This document shows positions 50,586 to 59,488 of a DNA stretch of 64,000 nucleotides, piece by piece (the first letter of the stretch is position 1; every line of letters starts with the position of its first letter). Source of the DNA: a virus. Its lineage: Duplodnaviria; Caudoviricetes. The position numbers and the translations under genes were made by a program. Under the pieces are notes generated by a model. It searched no databases. It was not told the DNA's origin and saw only the letters and a program-made list of their open reading frames with translations. The DNA is taken from positions 265,019-329,018 of the IMG/VR virus record IMGVR_UViG_3300010167_000010, one strand, 5' to 3'.

Positions 50586-51386
50586 ATGACAAAGAGAACT
50601 TATACAACACATGAAGAGCAGCTTGCTGCTTTAGAACAGGAACTTGTAGAATTCAAGGTTGCATCTGATGCTTTCGGTTTGGAAAGATTAAATTGTTTGG
50701 AAGCAAATATTGCAATGTTTAATGAGTTTTTTGCTGGCCACAACGTTAATTTTCAACTCAAAAGAGTTAGCAAGGATTCCTATTTCGGTTCAAAGGATAA
50801 TGATCTTCGTTACGATTTTTGCTTCATGACTGATGCTGACGATAGTTGGGGTTCAGTTTCAGTTGAAGTTCTTTATTCTTCTGCACTTGGTCTTAGAGTT
50901 CACCGTTTTGGTTTGCCTTCCAGAAGTCACAGTGGAAAAGATTTAAATCTTGATAAAGATATTGCATTTTTCCAGAATATGACAAACTTGGCAAATATTT
51001 TGAAGAGCGGAACTGAATTAGCTGCTGTACTTGACCAGTGGAAAGAAGTTGAACGAACATGGCCTGAAAGAGATGAATATAAAATCACTTCTGATATAAA
51101 TGCTTGCAAGGAAAACATTCGCATTCTTAATTTGGGTTTTAGGGTTGGAGCAACTTTAATGGTTGATACTAATACTTCAAAAAAATATAGAAATCATTGG
51201 CAGAAAGCTACAATCGTAAAGATTAATGCAAAATCTGTTCACTATGTAATTCATTGGGATCGTGAAGATGGAACTACTTCTACTTCTGATGTTCGCAAAA
51301 CTTGGATGGACTTTAATTATTTCAGAACAATTGAAGAGCATGCCAGAATAATTGAAGAGAAAAAAGCAGGTAGAAGAAACTACTAA
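50586..51386 (+). CDS. Hypothetical early protein
   Basis: Class I promoter, AAGGGAG SD, terminator. Confidence 0.65.
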   Translation: MTKRTYTTHEEQLAALEQELVEFKVASDAFGLERLNCLEANIAMFNEFFAGHNVNFQLKRVSKDSYFGSKDNDLRYDFCFMTDADDSWGSVSVEVLYSSALGLRVHRFGLPSRSHSGKDLNLDKDIAFFQNMTNLANILKSGTELAAVLDQWKEVERTWPERDEYKITSDINACKENIRILNLGFRVGATLMVDTNTSKKYRNHWQKATIVKINAKSVHYVIHWDREDGTTSTSDVRKTWMDFNYFRTIEEHARIIEEKKAGRRNY

Positions 51387-51433
51387 AACAACCTCCCTTA
51401 CGGGTTCAGTCGTTGGCTAAACCCGTTTAATAT

Positions 51434-51457
51434 AAGCTCCCGAAAGGGAGCTTTTTT
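51434..51457 (+). terminator. Intrinsic terminator
   Basis: AAGCTCCC-GAAA-GGGAGCTTTTTT. Confidence 0.85.
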
Positions 51458-51485
51458 ATTGTAAAAAACTTACTAAATATATAAT

Positions 51486-53738
51486 ATGAGAAGTGATGAT
51501 AAAGCTGGCTCTATTATTGTCAATCCCTTTACTGTTGATATAGATAAATTGGAAGGCCAGAAAATAGATGAAGGATTATTAAAATATACATTTAAAGATG
51601 AAAAAGCTATAAATAATTTAGCTTATATAATGAAAGATATTTTATCTGGTGATGTTTCATTAGCTAGAAGAGAAGAATATGCATATCTTAATTTTAAACA
51701 ATTACAAGAAGCAATAAAGTTTTTATTAAGTACTGGTATTGATGATTCACTCCGTCAATTACTTTTAGAACGACCTTATTTATTAACGTTTAAAGATAAA
51801 CCACCAACAGCAGAAGAATTTTTAGGTGAAAAATATATTGGAGTTATGAGCGAATCAGTTTGGGTTCCAGTTAAAAAAGCTTTTATAGAATATTTAGATC
51901 CATTAAAACCATATAGAACAGCTGCATTAAATCCATCAATTGGTGCTGGAAAATCTACATTTACTATGTTAGTATTATTGTATGTTGCAGTTTGTTTTGC
52001 ACTTATGAGAGATCCTTGGAAGTTTTTTAGTATGTCTCCAACATCAGTATTTGTATTTGTATTGTGTGCTGTTACACAATCTAAAGCATCTGAAATTTAT
52101 CTTGAGCCAATTCAGCAATTAATAGAATCTGCAACTTATTGGAAATTTTGTAGAGATCACCAAGCAATGATTCGTGAGGATAATCATTTAAGACAATCTG
52201 ATTATGTAAATTATATTCCTTGGACAACATCTAGTAAAACATCTGTATTACAAACTGGAAATGGATTAAATTGGAAACAAATATCGTCTGCTGGTTCTCT
52301 TTTAGGTATGAATATTTTAGTCGGTGCAATGACAGAAATTACATTCTTTCTTGAAGCAGGAAAAGGTTGGAATGGAGAAAAGCTTATGGGCTTCTTCTCT
52401 AAACTTCGACAAAGAATTAGCAACCGTTTTCAAAATAATTATTATGCTCGTTTTATATTAGATTCATCACCATCATCGTTAGAAGATCCAATTCAAAGTT
52501 GGATGACATATGATGCTCCTAATAATAGTGCTAATTTTGTTTGGAAGGGGAGTAGATGGAATTTATATCCAGAAGAATTTCCAGATTTTTGTAACATAGA
52601 AGATTTACATGGATTAAATGAAAAAATAACTGAAAATCATAATTTTGATGTTGGATTTAAATTATTTAAAGGTGGTAATGGTAAAATACCTCAAATATGT
52701 GAAACAGATAGCGAAGCAGCTATTTTTGAAGAAGCTGATACTATATGGTGCCCAATTAAACAAGTAACTAAAAAGGGAACAGAAAACTTTTTAGATAAAG
52801 CAAAAGAAAACCCAATAGAGTTTATGAAAAATATAGCAGGAATTCCTGCTGGTCAAGCTGATCGTATTTTTTATCAAGGACATTGGATAGATGATTGTTT
52901 TGATAATGGCTTAAAAAATGTTTATGGGAGTATAGTTGCTTTAGCTCATGAAGAACCAGAACATCTTATTTGGAATCAAATTTATAATTTATTTTTTAAT
53001 AAAATATTAGATAGATGGTATTATTATTATGAGCCAGATCTTCCTAGAGTAATTTCAGTTGACTTATCAAAATCAAAAGATTGTACTTGTATTGCTATGA
53101 GCCACGTTGAAAGAGATCCAACTAGAATAGATCCATTAACTGGACAATCGGTAATAGTTTATGTTACTGATTTTACTATTATGTTAGTTCCAAAAGGTGG
53201 TTTAATAAATTTAGATGCAGTTAAATTTTTTATTCTCGATTTACGTAAATTAGGTGGATTAAATATTAGACACGTTTCATTTGACGGATATCAATCTGAA
53301 TCAACTAAACAAGCATTAAAAAGAATGAATTTTACTGTAGATTATATTTCAGTTGATAGTAATAATGAATCATATTATACTTATATAGACTTAGTAACTA
53401 AAAATAGATGGTTTTGTGGAAAAAATATATTCGTTAAAAATAATATGAAATCATTATATCATACTAAACGTAAACGAAGTGAATCTATGAAAATTGAACA
53501 CTTTCCAGGTGATTTAAATTATGATTGGCAAGGAGGAGATTGGATAACTTGTACTGCTGGTATTAATGCTAAGGATGCTACCGATGCTATCGCTGGTAAC
53601 ATAGAATTAATGAAGATGTATTCAGGTGAATTTATTCCATCAAAAATATGGAACCCACAAGCTTGTTTTGATAGAGATTACGATAATGTTTTTCAAAAAA
53701 ATAAAGATTTTCTTAAAAGTGTAAATTTACGCTATTAA
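51486..53738 (+). CDS. terL: Terminase large subunit
   Basis: SIGAGKST Walker A, AMTEI Walker B-like, LDSSP coupling motif, RNase H-like SVDLSKSKDCT, VSFDGYQS, KDATDAIA. Confidence 0.85.
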   Translation: MRSDDKAGSIIVNPFTVDIDKLEGQKIDEGLLKYTFKDEKAINNLAYIMKDILSGDVSLARREEYAYLNFKQLQEAIKFLLSTGIDDSLRQLLLERPYLLTFKDKPPTAEEFLGEKYIGVMSESVWVPVKKAFIEYLDPLKPYRTAALNPSIGAGKSTFTMLVLLYVAVCFALMRDPWKFFSMSPTSVFVFVLCAVTQSKASEIYLEPIQQLIESATYWKFCRDHQAMIREDNHLRQSDYVNYIPWTTSSKTSVLQTGNGLNWKQISSAGSLLGMNILVGAMTEITFFLEAGKGWNGEKLMGFFSKLRQRISNRFQNNYYARFILDSSPSSLEDPIQSWMTYDAPNNSANFVWKGSRWNLYPEEFPDFCNIEDLHGLNEKITENHNFDVGFKLFKGGNGKIPQICETDSEAAIFEEADTIWCPIKQVTKKGTENFLDKAKENPIEFMKNIAGIPAGQADRIFYQGHWIDDCFDNGLKNVYGSIVALAHEEPEHLIWNQIYNLFFNKILDRWYYYYEPDLPRVISVDLSKSKDCTCIAMSHVERDPTRIDPLTGQSVIVYVTDFTIMLVPKGGLINLDAVKFFILDLRKLGGLNIRHVSFDGYQSESTKQALKRMNFTVDYISVDSNNESYYTYIDLVTKNRWFCGKNIFVKNNMKSLYHTKRKRSESMKIEHFPGDLNYDWQGGDWITCTAGINAKDATDAIAGNIELMKMYSGEFIPSKIWNPQACFDRDYDNVFQKNKDFLKSVNLRY

Positions 53739-53858
53739 ATAACTAATTTATTAAGAGAATTGCTTCACGCTCTTTGGATTCGTATCATATTACGCCTAAA
53801 AGAAAGATTAAAATATCTAATATGTATAACGTGAAAGACTTAATATAGGAGAAAATTT

Positions 53859-55214
53859 ATGAAGAAAACATTTGTAGACCTAGTAAAGGAATACAGCGCC
53901 TGGAAATTACAAGAAAAAGGCAACGGTAAGCTTACCAGAGAAGAACTCACAAAGCTTAGAGAATCTTATAAAGCAACAACAGAAAAACAATCTGCTCTTA
54001 AAGAAAAAGTAGAAGAGTACAGAGCTTGGAAGAAAGAAAATAAGGGAACAGATAAAATTACTGAAAAAGAATTTAAAGCCCTTAGAGAATCCGTAATTAA
54101 AGAAAGTAAAAAAATAAATAATAAAGAACCACAACAAAATTGGGAAACTTATCTTTCTAATTACAAAAAATTTAAAGAAGGTAAAGAAGGCGAAGGTGCA
54201 AAAATTACTTATAAAGAATTAAAAATGCTTAAAGAAAATTGGAAGGAAGCAAGAGAAAAAGGTATTCATCTTAAAGAAGGTGATCCAGCTAATGCCGGTT
54301 TTGATCCAACAGGAGATCCAAATGCAATGCCTCCAGTTGAAGGAGCAGTTCCAGGAGCTGATATGGGAATGCCAGATCCAGCAGGCGGACAAACTGTTTC
54401 TGATATGGCAGCAGCTATTTCTGCAGCAGTTCAACCATTTATGGCAGATGCAGGGGCAATGGCACCAGTAGGAGATCCATTAGGTGCTCCTCCAGCAGGA
54501 ACAGATGCAGGACCAGTAACAGGAATGCCTCCAGCTGATCCAGCAGCACCACTTCAATCAAGTGAAAAACGTGGTGATAGATCAGGTAGATTATTTGAAC
54601 AATTAACAAATGATTATAAAGCTTGGAAAAAAGCAAATAAAGGAACTGATAAACTCACTGAAGCTGAAGTTGCAGCATTAAAAGAAGAAGCAGAAAAACA
54701 AAGTGCACCAGCACCAAAATCAAAATACGAACAAATTAAAGAAAGAATTGCAGCTAGACAAGCAGCAATTGAAGAACTTCAAGAAAACAGTATGGGCCCG
54801 CTTCCAACAGCTGCCCTTGCTAACTCAAAATTATGGAAACATAATAAGGGAAATAGCACAGGTGAAACACAAAAAACAGCTCCAGCAGCTCCATCACAAA
54901 TTGAAAAAGTTCCATCACCACAAACTTTAGCAAATGGTTATAGTTCAGGTGCAGCAGCAGGTGAAACATCACCAGCAAAAACATGGCCAACAAAATCAAT
55001 GGGTAAGGAAGCAGGTGGAGCACTTCAAGGTGCAAATGCAAAACAAATGAAAGAAAATGCAGAAGAAACAGAAACTGATTTAACTCAAGTAAAAGAAAGT
55101 GTTGTAGATAATTCAGTAAAAACAGTAACAGATGTTTATGTAGATAGATATTTTGAACCAAAACTTGACTTCGGAAAACTTAAGGAATCAATGAAGAAAG
55201 GCCTTTTAGGTTAA
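53859..55214 (+). CDS. Prohead core/scaffold-like protein
   Basis: Four repeats of Y.AWK..K.G..K.T..E...L[RK]E; many LKE/LRE; Pro/Ala/Gly linker. Confidence 0.55.
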   Translation: MKKTFVDLVKEYSAWKLQEKGNGKLTREELTKLRESYKATTEKQSALKEKVEEYRAWKKENKGTDKITEKEFKALRESVIKESKKINNKEPQQNWETYLSNYKKFKEGKEGEGAKITYKELKMLKENWKEAREKGIHLKEGDPANAGFDPTGDPNAMPPVEGAVPGADMGMPDPAGGQTVSDMAAAISAAVQPFMADAGAMAPVGDPLGAPPAGTDAGPVTGMPPADPAAPLQSSEKRGDRSGRLFEQLTNDYKAWKKANKGTDKLTEAEVAALKEEAEKQSAPAPKSKYEQIKERIAARQAAIEELQENSMGPLPTAALANSKLWKHNKGNSTGETQKTAPAAPSQIEKVPSPQTLANGYSSGAAAGETSPAKTWPTKSMGKEAGGALQGANAKQMKENAEETETDLTQVKESVVDNSVKTVTDVYVDRYFEPKLDFGKLKESMKKGLLG

Positions 55215-55225
55215 GGGGGTTAAAA

Positions 55226-55810
55226 ATGAGAAAGCTTAAAGAAGAAGCAATCACCCTTTTTGATACTGGAGATCAAAGAAGTTTTAATGAACTTTATGAA
55301 GGACAAGAGCATCTCTTTACTGATGTTGATGATTTGATTAGTCCAAAATTTAAAAAACTTTTTGAAGAAACTTATCAAGTTGGTAATATTCAACAAAAAC
55401 AAACTTTAAGAGAATGCGATGTTAAATACGGAAATGCAAATGGTTTTCAAGAACTCGATAATAGAAATGATGGTGTTCCAGAAGGACATAATAGGTCTTT
55501 AGCACCAGCTGGTGGTTCTAGTCCAAAAGTTAGACAATCTACACCTAATTATAGTACAAACAAACCATTATATGAAATGTTTGAACGTATTTATGAAGAT
55601 GTAAGTGGTCCTCCAGGTGGTCATTATGATAGTGGGAAAGGTAGTCCAAAACCATCAAATGACGGAGTACCTAGCGAAATTAATGGAAGTGCATTAAGTA
55701 AAGGACCTGCTAGTTCAATAGTACAATCAGGTGCTAGACAAGATGATAATTCACAATTAGGTAATGAACCAGCAATGGGACATGGGGCAGGCCCGAAAGC
55801 TCAAAGATAA
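55226..55810 (+). CDS. Putative internal head protein
   Basis: LKE/LRE, FEETYQ/FERIYE, repeated NDGVP. Confidence 0.5.
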   Translation: MRKLKEEAITLFDTGDQRSFNELYEGQEHLFTDVDDLISPKFKKLFEETYQVGNIQQKQTLRECDVKYGNANGFQELDNRNDGVPEGHNRSLAPAGGSSPKVRQSTPNYSTNKPLYEMFERIYEDVSGPPGGHYDSGKGSPKPSNDGVPSEINGSALSKGPASSIVQSGARQDDNSQLGNEPAMGHGAGPKAQR

Positions 55811-55835
55811 GTTACGAATATTGTAGTTAAATAAT

Positions 55836-55860
55836 AGCCCCTGATTTTCAGGGGCTTTTT
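55836..55860 (+). terminator. Intrinsic terminator
   Basis: AGCCCCTGA-TTT-TCAGGGGCTTTTT. Confidence 0.85.
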
Positions 55861-55883
55861 ATTGTTAATATAACTTAAAAATT

Positions 55884-56264
55884 ATGACTCAAAAAGAAAA
55901 AAAGAAAATAGCTAAATCATTGGCTTTACCAATGGAAGACATAAGATATACAGAAGTGTTAAGCCAAGAAGAAATAGATCAACTTTTAACAGCAATTAAT
56001 GGTGATGAAGAATCTCCTAAAAATTTTAATAAAACACGAAAAAATACTCCAAAAATAGACTATATTTTTGATCAACATACAAAAATCAACTCTGAATTCT
56101 CAAAAGAAGCTAAAAATAATATTCTTTTATTAGAGGCTAAACTTAAGAAAACATATAAAGTTTTTTTAGAGACAACAAAAGAATTACAAAAAGAGTTAGA
56201 ACAATTAAAAGCCGAAAATGAAAGAATTAGAAAAATTATTAGAACTGCAGAATTATTCGATTAA
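55884..56264 (+). CDS. Protein with FliM-like CheY-binding peptide, coiled coil and ELFD tail
   Basis: TEVLSQEEIDQLLTAI matches the spirochaete FliM N-terminus. Confidence 0.7.
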   Translation: MTQKEKKKIAKSLALPMEDIRYTEVLSQEEIDQLLTAINGDEESPKNFNKTRKNTPKIDYIFDQHTKINSEFSKEAKNNILLLEAKLKKTYKVFLETTKELQKELEQLKAENERIRKIIRTAELFD

Positions 56265-56305
56265 ATAATTGAACAATAAAAATAAAAAGGCTTATATAAT
56301 AATAT

Positions 56306-56821
56306 ATGGAAATAATAACAGGTAATTATACCAAATTAGCTATTATTGAATGTTCTGTTTGTAGAGAAAATCATACATTAGAATTAATTTATGACCATGA
56401 CGATATGACAGTTTGGTTCGAAATGATGCCACAATCTTTTCCTTTTTCATTAAAATTAAAACATTGGTTTCTTTTTAAATTTTATCCAGAATTATTCACT
56501 TTAGGTTATTATAGACAATTTTTTAGTATAGCTTTAACAAATAATCAAATAATCAAAATTATAGAAGTATTAGAAAAAGTTGGTTATAAATCTAGAAGTT
56601 CATATTTATCTCAAAATTATGTTAACTTTATCGAATATTTTGATGTAAATGGTGTTATGATTAGTAAAGATAAAGATTTAGACCATATAGATTTATCTAT
56701 TCATGCTGTTGAAAAAACAGAATTAAATTGGAGACGAACTACTGGCGCGTGGGAAGCTGGTTTATCTAAAGAAGATACAGAAATATTTATTGGTACTCTA
56801 AGAAGTTTAGTTTATGAATAA
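56306..56821 (+). CDS. Hypothetical protein
   Basis: Class I promoter; CSVC..H. Confidence 0.55.
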   Translation: MEIITGNYTKLAIIECSVCRENHTLELIYDHDDMTVWFEMMPQSFPFSLKLKHWFLFKFYPELFTLGYYRQFFSIALTNNQIIKIIEVLEKVGYKSRSSYLSQNYVNFIEYFDVNGVMISKDKDLDHIDLSIHAVEKTELNWRRTTGAWEAGLSKEDTEIFIGTLRSLVYE

Positions 56822-56990
56822 AAAACCAAATCCACCATGGTGTCATTGTGAATATCATGAACATTTATATGAAAATGAGAAACCTAATTATTGGAATAAC
56901 GATTTAAGTGAGCCAATATGCGTTGGACATTTAAATAGAGATAAATGTAATTTTAGAAAAAAATTAAAAGAATGTGAATTATTTGATTAA
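56814..56990 (+). CDS. Cys/His-rich 58-aa protein ending CELFD (not in ORF track)
   Basis: MNKKPNPPWCHCEYH...KECELFD*. Confidence 0.65.
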   Translation: MNKKPNPPWCHCEYHEHLYENEKPNYWNNDLSEPICVGHLNRDKCNFRKKLKECELFD

Positions 56991-57000
56991 GGAGTAAAAA

Positions 57001-57348
57001 ATGACAATCAATAACCCATTTATTAAAGACAAGGATAACATTAAGTGGCTCGAAGATAATTATGAAACATTTTTAGATTATATGGCCAAACATCATTCAT
57101 TAGCAGATTGTTGGCATACCATTTTAGATTTATCAACGTTTGATGATAAATATATTTCTAATATGATAACTAAAGTTACTGCGGCTGATAATAAAAAAAT
57201 TAAAGAAGCTGCTGCTAGAAAAAGAAAACTTGGTGGAAAGAAAACAAATACAAAATCTACAACAATAGAAAAAAAGCAAAGCTTAATTGAAGAAGCAATA
57301 GAAGAAAAAAAAAGGAAATCAAAAGAAGAAGATGAGCTTCTGGACTAA
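57001..57348 (+). CDS. Hypothetical protein ending ELLD
   Basis: AAGGAG SD. Confidence 0.6.
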   Translation: MTINNPFIKDKDNIKWLEDNYETFLDYMAKHHSLADCWHTILDLSTFDDKYISNMITKVTAADNKKIKEAAARKRKLGGKKTNTKSTTIEKKQSLIEEAIEEKKRKSKEEDELLD

Positions 57349-57688
57349 GAAACATTTTAAAGATAAAGATATAGAACAATTTGTTTTAACACCATCTTTA
57401 ATTCGTACAAATTGTCACGATTGTTTTAATTTTATTTCAGGTGGAACAGCATGCGATGTAAAAAGAGAAGAATTTAAAAATAAATATATAAAATATTTTA
57501 AGAAAAATAGTTTAAATGTATTATCTTCTGGAATAAGAGATGAGCATATGATTGGAGAATGTGTATCTAATTTATGTCAAAATTATTCTAAAAAATTATA
57601 TCCAAAAAAATATATTGATCAAATAAACAAAGTACATCCTCCTATAGAAAATCCATTCAAAAAGGGAGAATACGAATTATTTGATTAA
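57332..57688 (+). CDS. Cys-containing protein ending YELFD
   Basis: CHDC...C...C...C. Confidence 0.6.
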   Translation: MSFWTKKHFKDKDIEQFVLTPSLIRTNCHDCFNFISGGTACDVKREEFKNKYIKYFKKNSLNVLSSGIRDEHMIGECVSNLCQNYSKKLYPKKYIDQINKVHPPIENPFKKGEYELFD

Positions 57689-57690
57689 TT

Positions 57691-57903
57691 ATGTGTGTAA
57701 AAGATGCTGATCGTTATTGTGCTAATGCAAATAGTAAATATTGTAAACTCTGTTTTGAAATAAGTATATTTCCTTATTTCTTTAGAGCAACTGGACTTGA
57801 TGATTTTAATTTAAAAGGCTGGCATGAAACTGAATATGAGAAAATTTTAAAAATAAAAGAAGAAAAAATTAATGAAGCTATGCTTTGTGAATTATTTGAT
57901 TAA
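57691..57903 (+). CDS. Cys-containing protein ending CELFD
   Basis: C....C.....CxxC. Confidence 0.6.
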   Translation: MCVKDADRYCANANSKYCKLCFEISIFPYFFRATGLDDFNLKGWHETEYEKILKIKEEKINEAMLCELFD

Positions 57904-57930
57904 ATCTTATATAATATTAAGGAGAAAACT

Positions 57931-58725
57931 ATGGGAAGACCTAAAAAAATAAATAATAATACTGGAAAACCATTTAGATCAGACAGAGAACTAGTAGAAC
58001 AATTTCAAATAAATTTACATTTGAGTTCTACAGCTAGAAAAGATCATACTAAAGAAAAATATCAAAAATTGATGATGGCAGCTGCTACCGAATTATGGGA
58101 AAAATATTTTTTATTAAGAATGAAAATGAGAGCTCAGTTAGCAAAAGTTGTTAGAGATAATAATTTATATTACCCAGAATTATATGAAGAATATGATGGT
58201 GAGGCATGGGATAAATTTATAAATCAAATGGATGGAATTAGATTAGACGATGTTGCTCATTTACCAAATTGGAGTATTTATATTCGTCTTTGGGGTTATT
58301 GGAGATCTATGAATCGTGATTTATTAAAAAAATGGTTTGATTGGAATATAAATACTACACCAATTTTTTCTATTGGTAAAGATCAGGGAAAAGAAAGCTT
58401 AACTAATATAGATGTCGAAGTAGCTAAAAAACCAACTGATATAGAAGATGACTTAAATATTGAAATAAATAAAACTATTTTTTGGGAATCTATAGATAAA
58501 TTAAAGGAAGAATTAACTCCAAAACAAAAAAAATTATTAAATATGAAATCTTCAGGAGCCAAAAATAGAGAAATATTAAGTGAATTAAAAATCAATAATA
58601 AACTTATGAAAGAGCATCTTGATTATATTAAACATCGTTTAGATAAAATAATTACTCAAGTATCGAAACAAAAAGGAGTAGAAATAAACTATTCTGAATT
58701 AGTAGAATCATTAGGTGGGGCATAA
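57931..58725 (+). CDS. Phage sigma-factor-like protein
   Basis: C-terminal region-4-like HTH (LTPKQKKLLNMK..G.KNREIL..L.I); region-2-like centre. Confidence 0.6.
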   Translation: MGRPKKINNNTGKPFRSDRELVEQFQINLHLSSTARKDHTKEKYQKLMMAAATELWEKYFLLRMKMRAQLAKVVRDNNLYYPELYEEYDGEAWDKFINQMDGIRLDDVAHLPNWSIYIRLWGYWRSMNRDLLKKWFDWNINTTPIFSIGKDQGKESLTNIDVEVAKKPTDIEDDLNIEINKTIFWESIDKLKEELTPKQKKLLNMKSSGAKNREILSELKINNKLMKEHLDYIKHRLDKIITQVSKQKGVEINYSELVESLGGA

Positions 58726-58762
58726 TTTAAGTTAATATAATTTTAAGGAGATTATAATATAC

Positions 58763-58969
58763 GTGAAAACTTATGAGTACCAAGACGCAGTAGAGACTTT
58801 ATTTGGAATTTTATCTATACAAGATAAAAATTTACTAGCTAAGGAACTCGCCAAAGTACTTGTTAAATATTCAGACGGAATGAATCGCGGTTGGACAATT
58901 AAAGATATTGATCTAACTCTCTCAAAAGAAAATAATAAATTTTTAATTAAAGTAGGAAACGAAACATGA
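58763..58969 (+). CDS. Hypothetical protein
   Basis: ORF with SD. Confidence 0.45.
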   Translation: MKTYEYQDAVETLFGILSIQDKNLLAKELAKVLVKYSDGMNRGWTIKDIDLTLSKENNKFLIKVGNET

Positions 58970-59469
58970 TGAAATTTTTGCTTTTTATATATGATCCAGA
59001 GGAAATTATATGGGAAGCTCTTAATCCAATGGATGACGATATATATGATTTAATAGAATCTTTAAATGAAAATATTTCTTTAAATATTAAAGAAGTCGTT
59101 ATTCGTGGTTCATTAGGTGAAACATTAGAAATGTATGTAAATATTTCTGATGATCAAGATTATGATAGAATTCTTTTTTATTATGATGGAAACTTTTGGT
59201 TAGATAGTTTAGCTAATAACGCATTCTTAACTTTTGTATCAGAAAATATGCGACCAGAAGTTGGTCATCATACTCATAATTTAATTGACAGATGGATAAA
59301 AACTCCTTATGAAGAAGGAAACGGTAAAAAACTTTTTGCTGAAATTTTACATCTTTGCTATAAAAACTTAGCAGGTGATATACTTTACGAACAAGATAAA
59401 GTTAAAACATTAGAAGAAAAACGTGCTAAAATAGATGAAATAGGCAAGTTTTATTTGAATAATTCTTAA
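58966..59469 (+). CDS. Hypothetical acidic protein
   Basis: ATGA coupling. Confidence 0.5.
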   Translation: MMKFLLFIYDPEEIIWEALNPMDDDIYDLIESLNENISLNIKEVVIRGSLGETLEMYVNISDDQDYDRILFYYDGNFWLDSLANNAFLTFVSENMRPEVGHHTHNLIDRWIKTPYEEGNGKKLFAEILHLCYKNLAGDILYEQDKVKTLEEKRAKIDEIGKFYLNNS

Positions 59470-59488
59470 TATTATCTTATATTATATT

